From Eremomyces bilateralis CBS 781.70 (taxonomy: Eukaryota), in assembly GCA_010015585.1 (NCBI GenBank), contig ML975175.1: 64,000 nt of DNA. One strand, given 5' to 3'. Both the position numbers and the translations under genes were made by a program. Shown in pieces: positions 13,575-26,132 of this stretch. Every line of letters begins with the position of its first letter. Position 1 is the stretch's first letter. The notes below the pieces were generated by a model, which searched no databases, was not told the origin of the DNA, and saw nothing but the letters and a program-made list of their open reading frames with translations.

Positions 13575-14204
13575 TTACACTAGTCCGGACGAAATTTATG
13601 ACGCTACACTCTTGATGAACTCTGCTAGCTATAATGTTAATCTACTTGAACAATTAAAGTAGCTGTGTATAAATACTTTATATTTACAAATATAGAGGAA
13701 GGTTGAACCAGGTAATGATTGTGGTCTATCTATGGCCTGCTCCAGCGGCATAATTTTTGTCCATCTGAAGCGGCAGTCAATTGTGCTGAGTACGCAAGCG
13801 GCACTTGGGACAACCCCACTCAGTTCCCCGAACAAGTCACAGCAAGACGCATGTATGACAGACAGGTATCTCTAGTTCTCCACACTATAACTACTTAGTC
13901 AAATACTTGTAACGCTGCTTTGTAACGTCAACGGTTCTAGATTCCACGTTCAAATAACTGGCCAGATAGGAGTGGACGAATTTCAGTCGTCAGTTCCGCA
14001 AGGATTCTTGGTACTGATCACCAGGCGCGAAATTGGGTATTGGGTGTCGCTGACTATTATTCGTATCCACGTAACTTAAGTTCGTTGAGGCAGCACGATA
14101 CCGAAGAACCGGAATCATCTACCAAACTACTCGCGCGAACGACGCTTCAAAAGGTTGACGGGAAGCTTTCTACAGACCCGTAGGCCATCTCATTCCATCT
14201 AGCC

Positions 14205-14713
14205 ATGTCACTCTGCCCTCCATTCACAGCGGAAACCGCTCTTACGAAGGTCAAGAAGGCTCAGGCTTTATGGAATACCAGGCAAGACTCTTCTACCCAG
14301 GCATAAAGGTTCCTCTAACAACGTATCCATACAGAGACCCCGAATCTGTCGCCAAAGCGTATACTCCTGACTGCATCTGGCGCAACCGCGGCGTCTTCAT
14401 CACTGGCCATGACCAGATTGTCGCCTTTCTGACTGCCAAATGGGAGCGCGAGCAGAACTACCGTCTCCGCAAAGAGCTCTTTTGCTTCCACGACAAAAAG
14501 ATCGCCGTGCAGTTCTGGTATGAGTATCAGGATGCGCAGGACGGGATGAAATGGAAGCGGTGTTACGGATTGGAGGATTGGACATTTGGAGAGGATGGAA
14601 GGATGATTAAGAGGATGATGAGCGGCAACGACATCGTTCTGACGGCGGAGGAGAGGTGGTTCAAGGAGGGCGTAGACGAGGATAGAGTGAAGATTGGAGA
14701 CGCTCATTGGTGA
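14205..14713 (+). CDS. DUF1348 / SnoaL-like (NTF2 fold) protein
   Basis: PPFTAETALTKVKKAQALWNTR/DPESVAKAYT..WRNR..KWEREQNYRLRKEL..IAVQFWYEY; GC-AG intron 14282-14334. Confidence 0.92.
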
Positions 14714-14769
14714 GTGCCTCAAGTCCTCTCTGGATCACGAGGTTCGAGCTAGGGAGTCGGAGCTTTGAA

Positions 14770-15283
14770 TCAAGCGGGAGGCGTATCATGTATGACCACG
14801 AGAAGATATTTGGCATCTGTATTAGATCGTGAGTAACTCATTCGTCACCACGGAACATGATGCGTACCTGGATAGATGACCAGCTCGTTCTTCTTGGTCC
14901 TTACTCTCAACAATTTCATCTCGTCTTCTTGGTCGAATTCCTCAATCATCTTCCCTGCCGAACCGACAAATGCATACACTAGCCGTGCAACATCCTCGGC
15001 GCTCTGCATACCGCCTTCCTTCCTTCCATTCCCAAAGGCATCGGTGCCATTCGAGGATGCCGGCAAGGTGCTGCTTGAATTTGGGGTTTCGCTGGTGGAC
15101 ACGAGGCCTGAAGTACGGACGATGGCACCGGTATCGCGTGCAAGCACCAGTGTACTTTGCACGCCCGGCTTCTGGCTCAATCGGGTGAGCAGGGCGAGTG
15201 TCTCCTCGGGCTAGGAAACAGGCGATATTAGCATACATCTTCAACCATACGATGGCTTGAATACTCACCGCAGAGATAGTCAT
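14770..15283 (-). CDS. Roadblock/LC7 dynein light chain-related protein
   Basis: LTRLSQKPGVQSTLVLARDTGAIVR...MKLLRVRTKKNELVIYP/DAKYLLVVIHDTPPA; 2 introns. Confidence 0.85.
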
Positions 15284-15669
15284 GTTCTTAGGAGGCCAAA
15301 TACGAGTCAAGGCATCGGGTGTCTGCAATCCTGTCTACTTTGCAAGGCGCTAGTAGTTCGTGAGGCTCAGTGACCCATGATATCTGGTGGATGCTGCCAC
15401 CATAAGGGAAGATTAGAGATTCGAGCCGGCTAAATAGCGGGTAAATAATGGCTCAGGATCCCTGCAGCGTCTTTTGCCAAGGCTACATGTAATTGGCTGT
15501 TTGTTTAAGCTTAAAATGATCCCTGCAGATCTTCATCCGACTTTTTGATGATGTTGGACTGGCCGTGTCCTGTCCATCAAGGTCTGCGGAGTTTATGGGT
15601 TATGAAACCATTCGTCATCTAATTAAACTCCTATACTCATAACCATCGCTCGCACACCAATAGCGCAAG

Positions 15670-16818
15670 ATGGGTTCCAGCGCAAAGAGAAAGAAGGAGA
15701 AGAAGCAAGATTTCCAGGTAACTCCATCTTGACATCCTCCATCGTCTCCAGAACCTTACAATCCCCGCTCTAGAAACCAAAACTCAAAGTCGGCAAGGCG
15801 AAGCTGAAACCCGCGAACGAGACAAACACCAAGTTCAAGACTAGATGTCAGCCTTTCTGCTCAAACAATTAGTCCGCCGAGCTGACTCCCTTCAGCAATC
15901 ATCCTCCCGAATCAAACCCTCACCGTCGCCGCCCCAACCACCGCCTCCGAATTCGACCACCACCTTTCCCTTCTGTCTAGTAAATCCGATACCCAACGGC
16001 GAGACTCACTCACATTCCTGACATCTGCCATCAATGCGCACCGAACGAGTCCCGCTCTTCCGAAACCAGTCAGCGTCATCCTTCCCAAACTTCAAACCCT
16101 CATCCTCGACCGATCTTCCTCCGTGCGGGCGCAGCTCTTGCGTCTTCTACACGCTCTCCCAGTCCCTGACCTCCGATCGCACTGCGAGACCACGAAATGT
16201 CACATCCTGCTGCTCGTTCGGGCGGGGATGAGCCACATCACCCTTGACGTGCGACTTTCTTCCGTGGACATCTTCGACTGGCTGGTCGAGGCGGCGGGTG
16301 ATGTCGTGGTTTCGGCACCGGGTGGATGGATCAAGACCTTAAACCATCTCCTAACTCTGCTGAAATGGGATATGGACCCGAAAACAGGGAATTTCGCTTC
16401 GAAAGGCGCTATGGTCAACCGCAGCGAATCTGAGTCCAAATTCGTGACCAAAGTGTTAGGCGCGTTGAATAAGTTCCTCAAGGCCGGCTTCCTGGACGAC
16501 TCGGCGCGAAGGGCGGACGAATGCCTGCGAGAGAAGCAGGTGTGGTTCCCCTTGCACAATGCGCAGCAGTTCATGATTCAACAGGGGCCGAATCCGTTCG
16601 GATATTTGAACTTGTTCGGCCCGGTGATGAATGAGGATTCGGCGCAATATACGGAGCGAGATGATCGCAGAGCTGTCTTTGCGAGGACAGTGCAACGGCC
16701 CATAGAACTAGGCGTCGCCTTGACCAAGAAGGCTGGAGGTGAGATCGGGAGGGCGGCTGCTACACTGGAGAATACCTTGAAGGTGGGGATGGCAGATTAC
16801 AATAAGATTAATTCATGA
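15670..16818 (+). CDS. IPI1: Pre-rRNA processing protein Ipi1 (Rix1 complex)
   Basis: MGSSAKRKKEKKQDFQ/KPKLKVGKAK...; LILDRSSSVRAQLL, RAGMSHI; 2 introns. Confidence 0.9.
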
Positions 16819-17022
16819 TTGGGCATACAGCCAAAATTTCTTAGTGCCTTTCATTTCGTGCTAATCGTATACGATTCGCTACCACATATGCGCAAGTGGT
16901 TGCCGTGTAGAACTTTTAAACTCATCATCTATTCCTACCGAACTGTATTGGCACATTCACGCCTCACAACATCCCGGAGGAATCCAGTCTGAGGAATTCC
17001 TGGAAACCTTCATACCCATCCA

Positions 17023-20000
17023 TCACTTTGCCACGACAGCATCCCTATACGACTTCTGGGAGTTTGCGGAGATTCGAGACGCATCGTCATCGTCAACCGC
17101 CACATCCTTTCCTTCCCCTCGAATCTCACTGTCTCCCTGAACAGTAACAACATCGGTGACGCTTCCCTCATCCGATCCTCCTTTCGGCATCTTAGATCCA
17201 CCAGTCTTCTCTTTCTCCCACACAGAGTCGTCTCCTGAGTTTGATGATGTGGATCTTCCCGTTTTTCTCTTCTTCTTCGCTTGCTTCTTCTTCTTGGGCG
17301 CTTGTGGCTGAGTCGCCTTACGCTGCTTGGCGAATGGATGAATTGATCCCGCATTTTGTGTCGATCCCTCCTGCTTAGACTTCTTTGTAAAGAAAAGAGG
17401 AGCCACAAAATTGGGGTTCTTTCCCTCGCTGGTGGCTTGCGATTCGGCATCAGATATTGGACCGGACGCGGCTGATGTAATCTGCTTCCCCTCGGGAGGC
17501 GTATGAAATTCCGTCTCAGGCGAAGATCGGTCGTCAATCGCAGTGATGAAAGTTCGGGAAGTGCCAGGCGTCATTGGCGATGCGAGGTCGGCCGAAACCA
17601 ATCGACGACGAACGTCACCCAATGGATCAGCAGTGGGAGCATGATCAGCGGAGTCAATCTTAAGAGATAGGACCCTGGAGGAAGACTTGCACATTTCCTT
17701 GTCCCCAGCATTGCAAGGGTCTATTATCTGAGCAGAAGCGGTTCGAGAGTGGTGGGCACCCTTAATTGTGAGGCCCTCCGGCCTGTTCGGACGGATGAAT
17801 TTGGGCAGAGGAACAGCAGGAGTGATCCGGCCCCGGGAACGCTTCACTTCAACAAGAGAACTTGCTGGAGAGACCGAACCCTTGCTGGATCTAAACTCGG
17901 CGGCATCAGTCTCGCTCAGGGAGCGAGCATGCCCGAGTTCTGATGCTGGAACAACGGTACTTGCTTCGGAGGAGGCACTAGCTTTCTCAAGTTCCGTATC
18001 GGAGTGTAGACCATCCTCCACAGCATGGGACAGACTTGGAGGCAGCTTGGAAGTCTTCAATTGCCCTTCACCATGAGGGTCTCTGACCTTTATCACAGCT
18101 GGCACCTCCTTGTGATTATTTTCTTCAACTTGCTGCTGAACCGCTTCAGCAGTAGAGGAGGGAGCGCCGATGGTATTGGAAGCACTCAGCTCTTCGGTGA
18201 TTTCGGAATCTGCCTTGTTGCTGTCTGTTCCCTGGCGTAAGGCGCTATGAGACCGTGCCCTGGACTGACTCGGACGGGATCGGCTTCGATGCGGGTTGTA
18301 CCGATTCTTCTTCTTCTTTAGGTCGCCCCCATCCGCACATGTTTCTGGCTTCGGTCCCATGTCATCTCTTTGGGTAGTTTTGTTCTCTTCGGCCATACCG
18401 TCAATCGTTTTAGCGGCAGTGCTGTGTGTCTCGACTGTACTGCCAATCGCTTCTTCAGGGATCACAACATCAGAGAAAGCTGGATCCCCAGAGAACCCTC
18501 CTTCGCACCTCACGCTGGCGAAACTGCCGCTTCGAGTGCTTATGAAAGAGCCCTTTCGCGGTTTCTTCTTCTTCGAGTTCTTTCTCGACGGTATCTCCTG
18601 ACTGTCAATCGAGCATTCGATGGCAGAATCTGCGTCTGGTTGGCTATTTCCAGGGTTGGAATTCAATGAGCTTCTGGCGTCCTGGGGAGAGTATGTCACA
18701 GCTGTTGGAACTGCGTCTTGTGCACTGGAAGACCCACGACGCCGCTCACTGCCTTGACTAGCCGTTGACTGATAGGTGTTGGACCGCGGGCGCGCACCAT
18801 TCCAACGTATGTTGCCGGAACTTGATCCTCTCCTTCCGTGGCTCCAATTGCTGTCGCGCCGCTGCAAACCTGCCCCACCTTGGGACGGTGGTGGTTTCAC
18901 TCCATAGCCCGAGAGTTGACCTCGGAAAGCTCCGTCCGCCAGCTGATTGGGGCGACTGTGAGGGCCAGAGTCATCCACAAGCAACTCAGGGGTACTGTTC
19001 AGGACCTCTTCAAGGGTCCTGTTACCCACTTGAACAACAATGTTCCTATCCTTGAATTGTGTGCAATGAACGAGATCTAGAGCCTTGCGAGCCTCAGAAG
19101 TGGAAGGAAACCTTGCCCAAGCGTACGGCGTCGTAGCTACAGAGCCTTGAACACTGACCGATTGAATCGAAGGCACAAAAGTTTGGAAATGAGCGAGTAA
19201 TTCGGATTCTGTGGCCTTCTCTGGCAAACTACCGACCCATAAAGTTGTGACGTCCTGGCGCTCCGAACCGATGAATGACTTGCCAATCCCGAATTTAGCA
19301 ACATCCACGATGAGGTCGTTGGAGATGGCGGGCAGGTCCGGAAACGGTTCCGGGTTGACAAAGCTACGTCCACTTGCTTCATTGGACGAGGCAACGCTCC
19401 CTTGACGGCCATGAAAATTGCGCTGTCGTGTAGTGCTCGACTTCCGATCTATGATGAAGCCAGATTGGGCGAATTGGTTCTCAAATGAAGTCCCGAACTT
19501 GGTCCCAGTCTGGTCTGCTGCCTGCCCCTCAGGGTAGTTGCCTTGACCACCACGGGCTTTGGTGATGCGTAGCGATTCAGGGCGCCCATTTTCGTTTCCA
19601 GAATTAGCGTGGAACCGCTTGAAGCTGTTATGATCCATTTCCACTGGCTGATATATGGTGGTCGACGAAGACTTCAACCACAACGGTTGTTGTCCATACC
19701 CCCGTCCAGCCTGAGCATTGCCCTGGCTCGGCGCATTGGTAGGAACATATGCTCCTGGTAGATTCGGTAATCCTTGATAATTGGCTTGATTGGGGCTACT
19801 GAACCCTCCTGGAACCTGAGGTCCTTGCATATGTGGCGCCAGGTGAGGGGGATACGGATAGGTTGCAGCCGCAGCGACAGATTGGTTTGCTGACATCCCA
19901 ATCGACGGAAAGCTCGAGACACTTCCAGGCTGTTGCTGCTGAATCTGAAGAGGCAATGAATGTCCAGGCGAATCCAGTGGCTGAGGTGGCGCAAAATCAC

Positions 20001-20987
20001 GAGGAAGTGATGAGGTGCGACTTTCCCTGCGCAATTTCTTGCTTATAGTTACCCCAGATGCTGTGGTCTTCTCGACTCCAGGCGGCAACGGGGTCGACGC
20101 TGAACGTTCTCCAGCATAGTCGGAGGATACCATTGTGGGTTGTTGCGAAGAGCTTGATCCCCCTAATACAAGACCCGTTTCTGCATCTTTCTTCGGCGGC
20201 CCAACCCAGATTGTCGGTGTGGCCATGTGGCCTTGGTCATGGCAGGCAGCATTCTTGGGGGGGCGTTTCGAATAAGGCTTTCGATTCTGTGCCTGACCAA
20301 TTGAACCTTGCGACACGTTGGAGAGGGGAGCTTGGGCTGATCAGCATGGATTTATGTGTGCTTAGCAAATGTATCGTCATTACCTGGATATCCACCTGAA
20401 ACCTGGTAGCCTTTCTTCTTATTGAACCGAGTCTTCTGCTCGTTCTTGATAACTTGTTGGCCAATGGCGAGGTTCGGCACGTTTGTCGCTGCATTTTCCT
20501 TCTCTCTGTCGGTGTTGCGCTGAGTTGCTTTCGCGATTGGTTTTCGCTTCTCGCGCTCCTGCCAATCAAAGGTCCGCTGTAGTGCCCCTCTGATATGTTT
20601 CATCGCTTCAGTCAGGAAAACAAGCCCGTGATAGCTAATCATGGGCACCGAGAATATGTCCTGCGGTTTCACCCCCGCGCGGGCAATGGTGTTCACATCC
20701 TCCGGATGCATATGAATCCAGTCGACCGAGAACGAGGCAACCAGTCCGGCATTGAAGACGGCAATCTTCCGAAGGACAAGCTCGAGGTAGGTGGTACCAT
20801 GAATGTCGATCTCACTGGATTCGAAGAATTGAGTGACCGATGTGCCGAAGAAGACCTCTCGACATTTGGTCGCTCTTGTCTTCATCAAGAAGGTGGAGAA
20901 CTGAGTGGCGTCGCGTTGCGGATCGGAGCGTGCTATCATTGGGACCGATTGCGGAGGAGGTCCCTCCGTACGAGGCACCGCCGCCAT
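17023..20987 (-). CDS. Large (~1305 aa) mostly low-complexity protein with one RRM
   Basis: Two ORFs join in frame across intron 20337-20383; RRM TLWVGSLPEKATESELLAHF...YAWARFPSTSEARKAL; several poly-K tracts; start codon uncertain. Confidence 0.75.
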
Positions 20988-22214
20988 CACGGCTACGAAT
21001 ACTGAAGCACGAAACGAAGCCGACGAAGCAAGCGCAACAAAGCCTAGACACCTAGAAGCGCACCTGTTAGTTTCCTGGCCGTACTGGACTTCAGCTTCAG
21101 TTCCGTACTTACCCACTAAATGAGTGATCGGATGCGATGGCAGAAGATTCAATAGGTAAACGATCGCTATCACTGAGCAAGGCCAACAGAGAGTCGGTCT
21201 TTCAAAGTAGGTCCAGTCAGCTCAGGAGCCGTAATTGGGCCTCGGGTCACCTGTACTTACAACCAAGTAAGTGTTTGCGAGTAGGAAATGCAAAGGCAAT
21301 CACGGGAAATCCACTCTGCTAACGCTTGACGAAGGATGGTAGAGATTCTAAGGTTAACTCTTGTCGAAGTCAAGAGATTGAGAAAGTAATTTCGAGGAAG
21401 ATGACACAGGGGAGATAATCTCAAGGAAGATGATCTTGCGATGGGATTGTGGAGTTGAAAATGGAGGATGGAACGCTGTTGTGATGAAGAAAACAGCACA
21501 CAGTTGTGTGGTGAGGGAGAAGAGAGAGTCGGCAGACGTGAAAAGACCTGGTGAGAAGTGAGAGAGGAAAGAGAGGTGAGAGATCAGGTGGAGGGTGAGA
21601 GATAAGGGAGGAAACTGAAAAGTGAAGGTGAATGGAACTAGAATGGAAGGAGAGGAAGCAATCATCCTTCGTTCCTTCCTTCCCGAAGGTTTTCACTTCA
21701 GTTCCTCCATTTCTCTTCGATTTTTCGATTTACATGTGGAATTGACCACCAAAGTCAGAGGCAGTTTGGAGGGCAGAACTCGCTGTGTGGCATGTGGCTT
21801 GTGAGGAATCCCATTGATATGATCGGGTGAAAGAGAGCGGTATGTGTCAACTGTAGACTCTTTCACTTCAGTCCGTTCCCTTCTCTTTAACCTTCGCCGA
21901 AAGACGTAGAACCAAGAATTCACCAAACATAATCTTTATACGCAATCAATCCTGCGGTATATAATTGTAAGTAGAGCGCAATGAGCATGATATGCGGATA
22001 GAATGGGAATGACGAAATCAGATTCAACGGCCAGGCCAAGGCACCCCCATGGGCATCACTGGATGTATCATGGGGACAATCTTTCACCATCAACAAACTC
22101 ATCAGTTCATGATCCACATTAACTTAATCTTACACATGCAATGCCAAAGATGGGTGGGTATGTCCTCTGCCAGCCTTCGCCGTGATGGTTCCCATGATGG
22201 TCACCTGGGGTAGG

Positions 22215-22816
22215 CTATTCCTTCGGAAGTGACTTCAGCAGATGAAGGATCTCTGACTTGTCCTCTCCAATCACTACAAAGTGTTAGATGTACTCCAACG
22301 CCTGTCGGAGTGCTCTGAATTATACGCACCTGCCTTGCCATTGGTCCAGTCTACGGTCTGTTAAAGGTCAGCGTAGCCCAATCAAACTCCAGGTCGAATC
22401 GACAAACCACTGGTCGCTGGAAGCTCTCTGCATCGTGTTCCAGCCTCCGCACTGCATCGGACACGTCGGATGCTCCGGTCACCACTTTCCCTGCATTTTT
22501 ATTGCCCACGTATTCGATGATGTTCTGTAATTGGTCGGACGTTGGTGGCTCTTCGACGACGTCGAGGTCAAACGGAGCGTGTTGCGATTGATTATGGGCC
22601 TCATGTGATGATGCCTGATCTACCGTTGCAGTTGTGTTCGACGTCGCGGAAGCTTGCTTAAGCTGTGTTAGAATTCGAGTCGATGCTGAGACACTGGGTT
22701 TGTGGAAGAGCGTGACGACGTTCTTGACACCGTGCTGTGGTGAGGTTAGCGTCGATGTGGTAGGGATATGGCGAGCATTGGATTTCGGATACCTCTTTGA
22801 ATAGGTTCTTGAACAT
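22215..22816 (-). CDS. FMP46: DUF1687 / Fmp46-like thioredoxin-fold mitochondrial protein (not represented correctly in the ORF track)
   Basis: Spliced across 3 introns: MFKNLFKE/HGVKNVVTLFHKPSVSASTRIL...DLDVVEEPPTSDQLQNIIEY...FQRPV/TVDWTNGKA/VIGEDKSEILHLLKSLPKE*. Confidence 0.85.
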
Positions 22817-23255
22817 CTTTAGGAGAATGGATAGCACAACACGTGGATACTCTGGAGAAAGATGATAATATAACGTGGTGAAGTCAAGCTTCAGAAGCTG
22901 TTCCAGGAGATCGAAACCCAGGGTACTCCGTACAGTCACCCACTTCAACCAATCACTGCCGTTCGTCATCGACGTCATCCCTCTCCACTATCTGGTGCAC
23001 AGAGCATCAATGTCTCTTCACATTCATTTACGTGGCTTTGGGTCAAGTTACAAAGGACCAATGTCGATTTAAATCAAGGAACTGATATGATGCTCTCAGA
23101 GGCATATGCTGGGGACTCTCTAGCACTGAAGAGCTCCGTTTCTAGAAGAATCTCATCCATACTCGCTACATTCATTGGACGCAGATCAGATAGGTAATGT
23201 GCAGGCTTGTCACCTGGAGGTATCGACACGATACACATTGGCATTACTATACATG

Positions 23256-25860
23256 TTATACATCGAAGCATTGACACGCCTTCTTCCCAAACCACAGCCT
23301 TCCTAATGCACCACTCTGCAAACTCGGACACTGCCACGACATCTCCTCTGCTTCCCCACCCGGACTCGCGTCAGCGCATCTCATCAGCACACCCCACAGC
23401 CGCTCTAGCGAGTACCCAAGCATCGGAGAGTCCATTTTATCAAGCGCCCGCGATTCGTCTTCGGGGTTCTCGGCATCCGAATCAGCTGAGGACTTTGGAC
23501 CGGACCGGGAAGGTGGGTGCTCTGCCAGGTAAGGGACCTCGTGATGACTGCCAGCGGCAGCTAGATAGTCCGATGAGTGAGCCCAGGACCCGGGATCCTC
23601 AAATGCCCACAACAGATCCGCGTATACCGACGGGGAAATGCCGCGGATACGGGCGGCAGATGCAATGAATTGGCCTTTGTAAGTCAGGAGCAGTTGCCGC
23701 TGTTTTTGATCCGCAACCTCAGGTTCCGATCTTATCAGATTCGTAACTGGCGTGACGGTGGAGAGAAGACGCTTCATAGAATCGGACATGATTCCCTCAA
23801 TCGCGCTAAAATTCGTACCGTAATGATCAGTCGAAAGCAAGGTCGAGTCGGGCTTGCACGAGGTGCCATATGCGGCGAAAAACAGTCGTTCAATGAGGCC
23901 AGAGTCATCATGCCAACCCCAGCGGTCTCCGCAGTCGCTACAAGAGCACACATTCCCACTGAATCCGAGCGGAAGAAAGCCGGTCTTCTCCTGGTCGAAG
24001 TAATCCCGGATACGCGGCACGAACTCCCTGGTATTATGAATCCCTGCCTGCATAAACAGCGTATGCCTGGCGAGGCTATCCCAATTGTTCACAATGTGAT
24101 GCAGATAGGTATGACCCTCGCGGCCCACGTTCTGAAGAATTGCGACTTCCGAACCTCCGATCGATGCTCGTATTGTCTTGTCCGATGCATTGGGATCCTT
24201 CGTATAATAATGGATCTGGGCTTTGTTCAGACCGGGAAGCTCGCGCAGGTCGGACAATAGCGACAGAAGAGGCTCTAACGGTTCGTTATGTGCAGAAATG
24301 ACAATGTCGATATCGTTCGGGGGCTCGTATGCCTTGTCGAGATAGATAGGTAGCGATGGAGGATCCTTGGCCATGAGGGTGGCTCCGAAATTCAATCGGA
24401 GAAATAACGGCCACGAAAGGGCGATCAATACGACATGCGCATAGTTCGAGAATTTTTTGGGAAATCGCCCGGCTATAGTCTTCTTCTTCATAACGCGCTC
24501 GTGAGCGGTGGCTACATCCAAGGCATAGCCCTCTTTGCCAATGCGTCGTAACTTTTCGTGACCAGGAATATTAGCCAGGCATCTAACAAGGACTAAAACA
24601 AAAACAGCGATCTGGAAAGGCATGCTATGGGGTCTTCGGGTCCGCACCGACGGCATAGCAAAGAGAAAGCCTGCCCGAAGCATGATCATCCAAGCCGTCG
24701 ACCTGGTGGGTATAGCGATCTTGTCCCCGCGGACAAGGCGAAGCGAAGTATTAGAATAGGGCGCAATCGTAGACTGCTCGGACAGTAATGGTACAAGTGT
24801 GAAAAGCATGAACACCAAAAAGGTAAAACTGTTCACGCGAACCGATCGAAGTGCTCCTGCCTTCGACTCGGTGAGATACTCCATAAGAAGCGATGGAATG
24901 ATGACATATGCGGTCTGCAAGGCGAGGAATCCATCATTGAAGCGGCAGTCGACCGCAATGCCGCAGTGCTGATGAGCCTCAAAATTGGCCCTTCGCCTCA
25001 AGATCCGAGATAAGAAGAGCGAAATGAATGCGATAGCCGAGCACAACCCCCCGTTAGCCTGAATCCTGTACTCGTCTATCATGATGGCAGCGAGCCCAAA
25101 GAAGAGGAGAGATTTTGTCCAGTTCAACCGCCAAAGGGTAGGATTTCCTCGATGAAGATAAGGGAGGTCGATGATATCTGAGAGGCAAACCCAGGACTAA
25201 GTAACTATTAGCAAATACACATGGCTTCAGGGATGGGGCTCATACAGAAACGAAGACCAGAGTGATCAAGTTCTCGAAGTGTATAACGGCCTGGAACCAA
25301 AATATGACGGACACCGCGCTTAGGATTGCTGCTCCATGAAGCAAAACCTTGTTCCATTTTGAAGCCAGGCCATTTTCACGACCAGACTGTGCCACATATC
25401 TCCTTTGATGTTTCTGATCCGTACTTTTCACCCTTTCTCTTTCCCTTTTGACTTCGACACCTTTCAGCAGCAAGAAACCGCCGAGGATAGTGAGGTATAT
25501 TCGGTTTATGAGGTAGAAGGGGTAGTGGAAGTTGTTGTCGACGAGGATGTATTTCGTGTACAGAACAGAGACGGCAGAGCAAACCGCCCATATCGTGAAG
25601 CGATGCTCATGGTTTCGGGGTAGACAGCCACGGGATGGCTCGATTTTGGAGGTTCGGCCGGTCTCGTTCAGTTCGAGATCTACACTTATCCGTGGCACGC
25701 GTGCGAACATTGGTACATCGGCAGCATTGTCGCTGTTGTTGAATGGATCTGGCCAGAAGCTGGAAGTGATGTTAAACTTCACTTCCGTAAAATGCTCCTG
25801 ACTCGAGTCATGCTCGGTAATATGTGCTCCATTACGCGAGTCATGCACCAACTCTGACAT
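23256..25860 (-). CDS. Multi-pass membrane protein with C-terminal DUF3431-like domain
   Basis: Two ORFs join in frame across an intron at ~25197-25245; hydrophobic N-half; DIVISAHNE...YYTKD...LQNVGREGHTYLHHIVNNWDSLARHTLFMQA. Confidence 0.8.
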
Positions 25861-26132
25861 CGTTGATTTGATCTTAACTAGTTAACTGAGACGTAACGAA
25901 CTGAACCTAGATTCGAGGCTAGTTAAGGTACTAGTTAGCAAAATAAGGTAGTTATGTACAGTACATTTAAACTCGGATCCAGGTACAATATATTGCACGT
26001 TGATGAGGCCCGGTCGCCCCGATGTTTGGGGTGGAAAGCGGAAGAGCAGAGCAATGGTTTTACAATCCTGTTGCCTACCAGACTCCGATAGAGGTTGAAG
26101 CATCATTGCATTTGGAACTACAGACGAACTCC

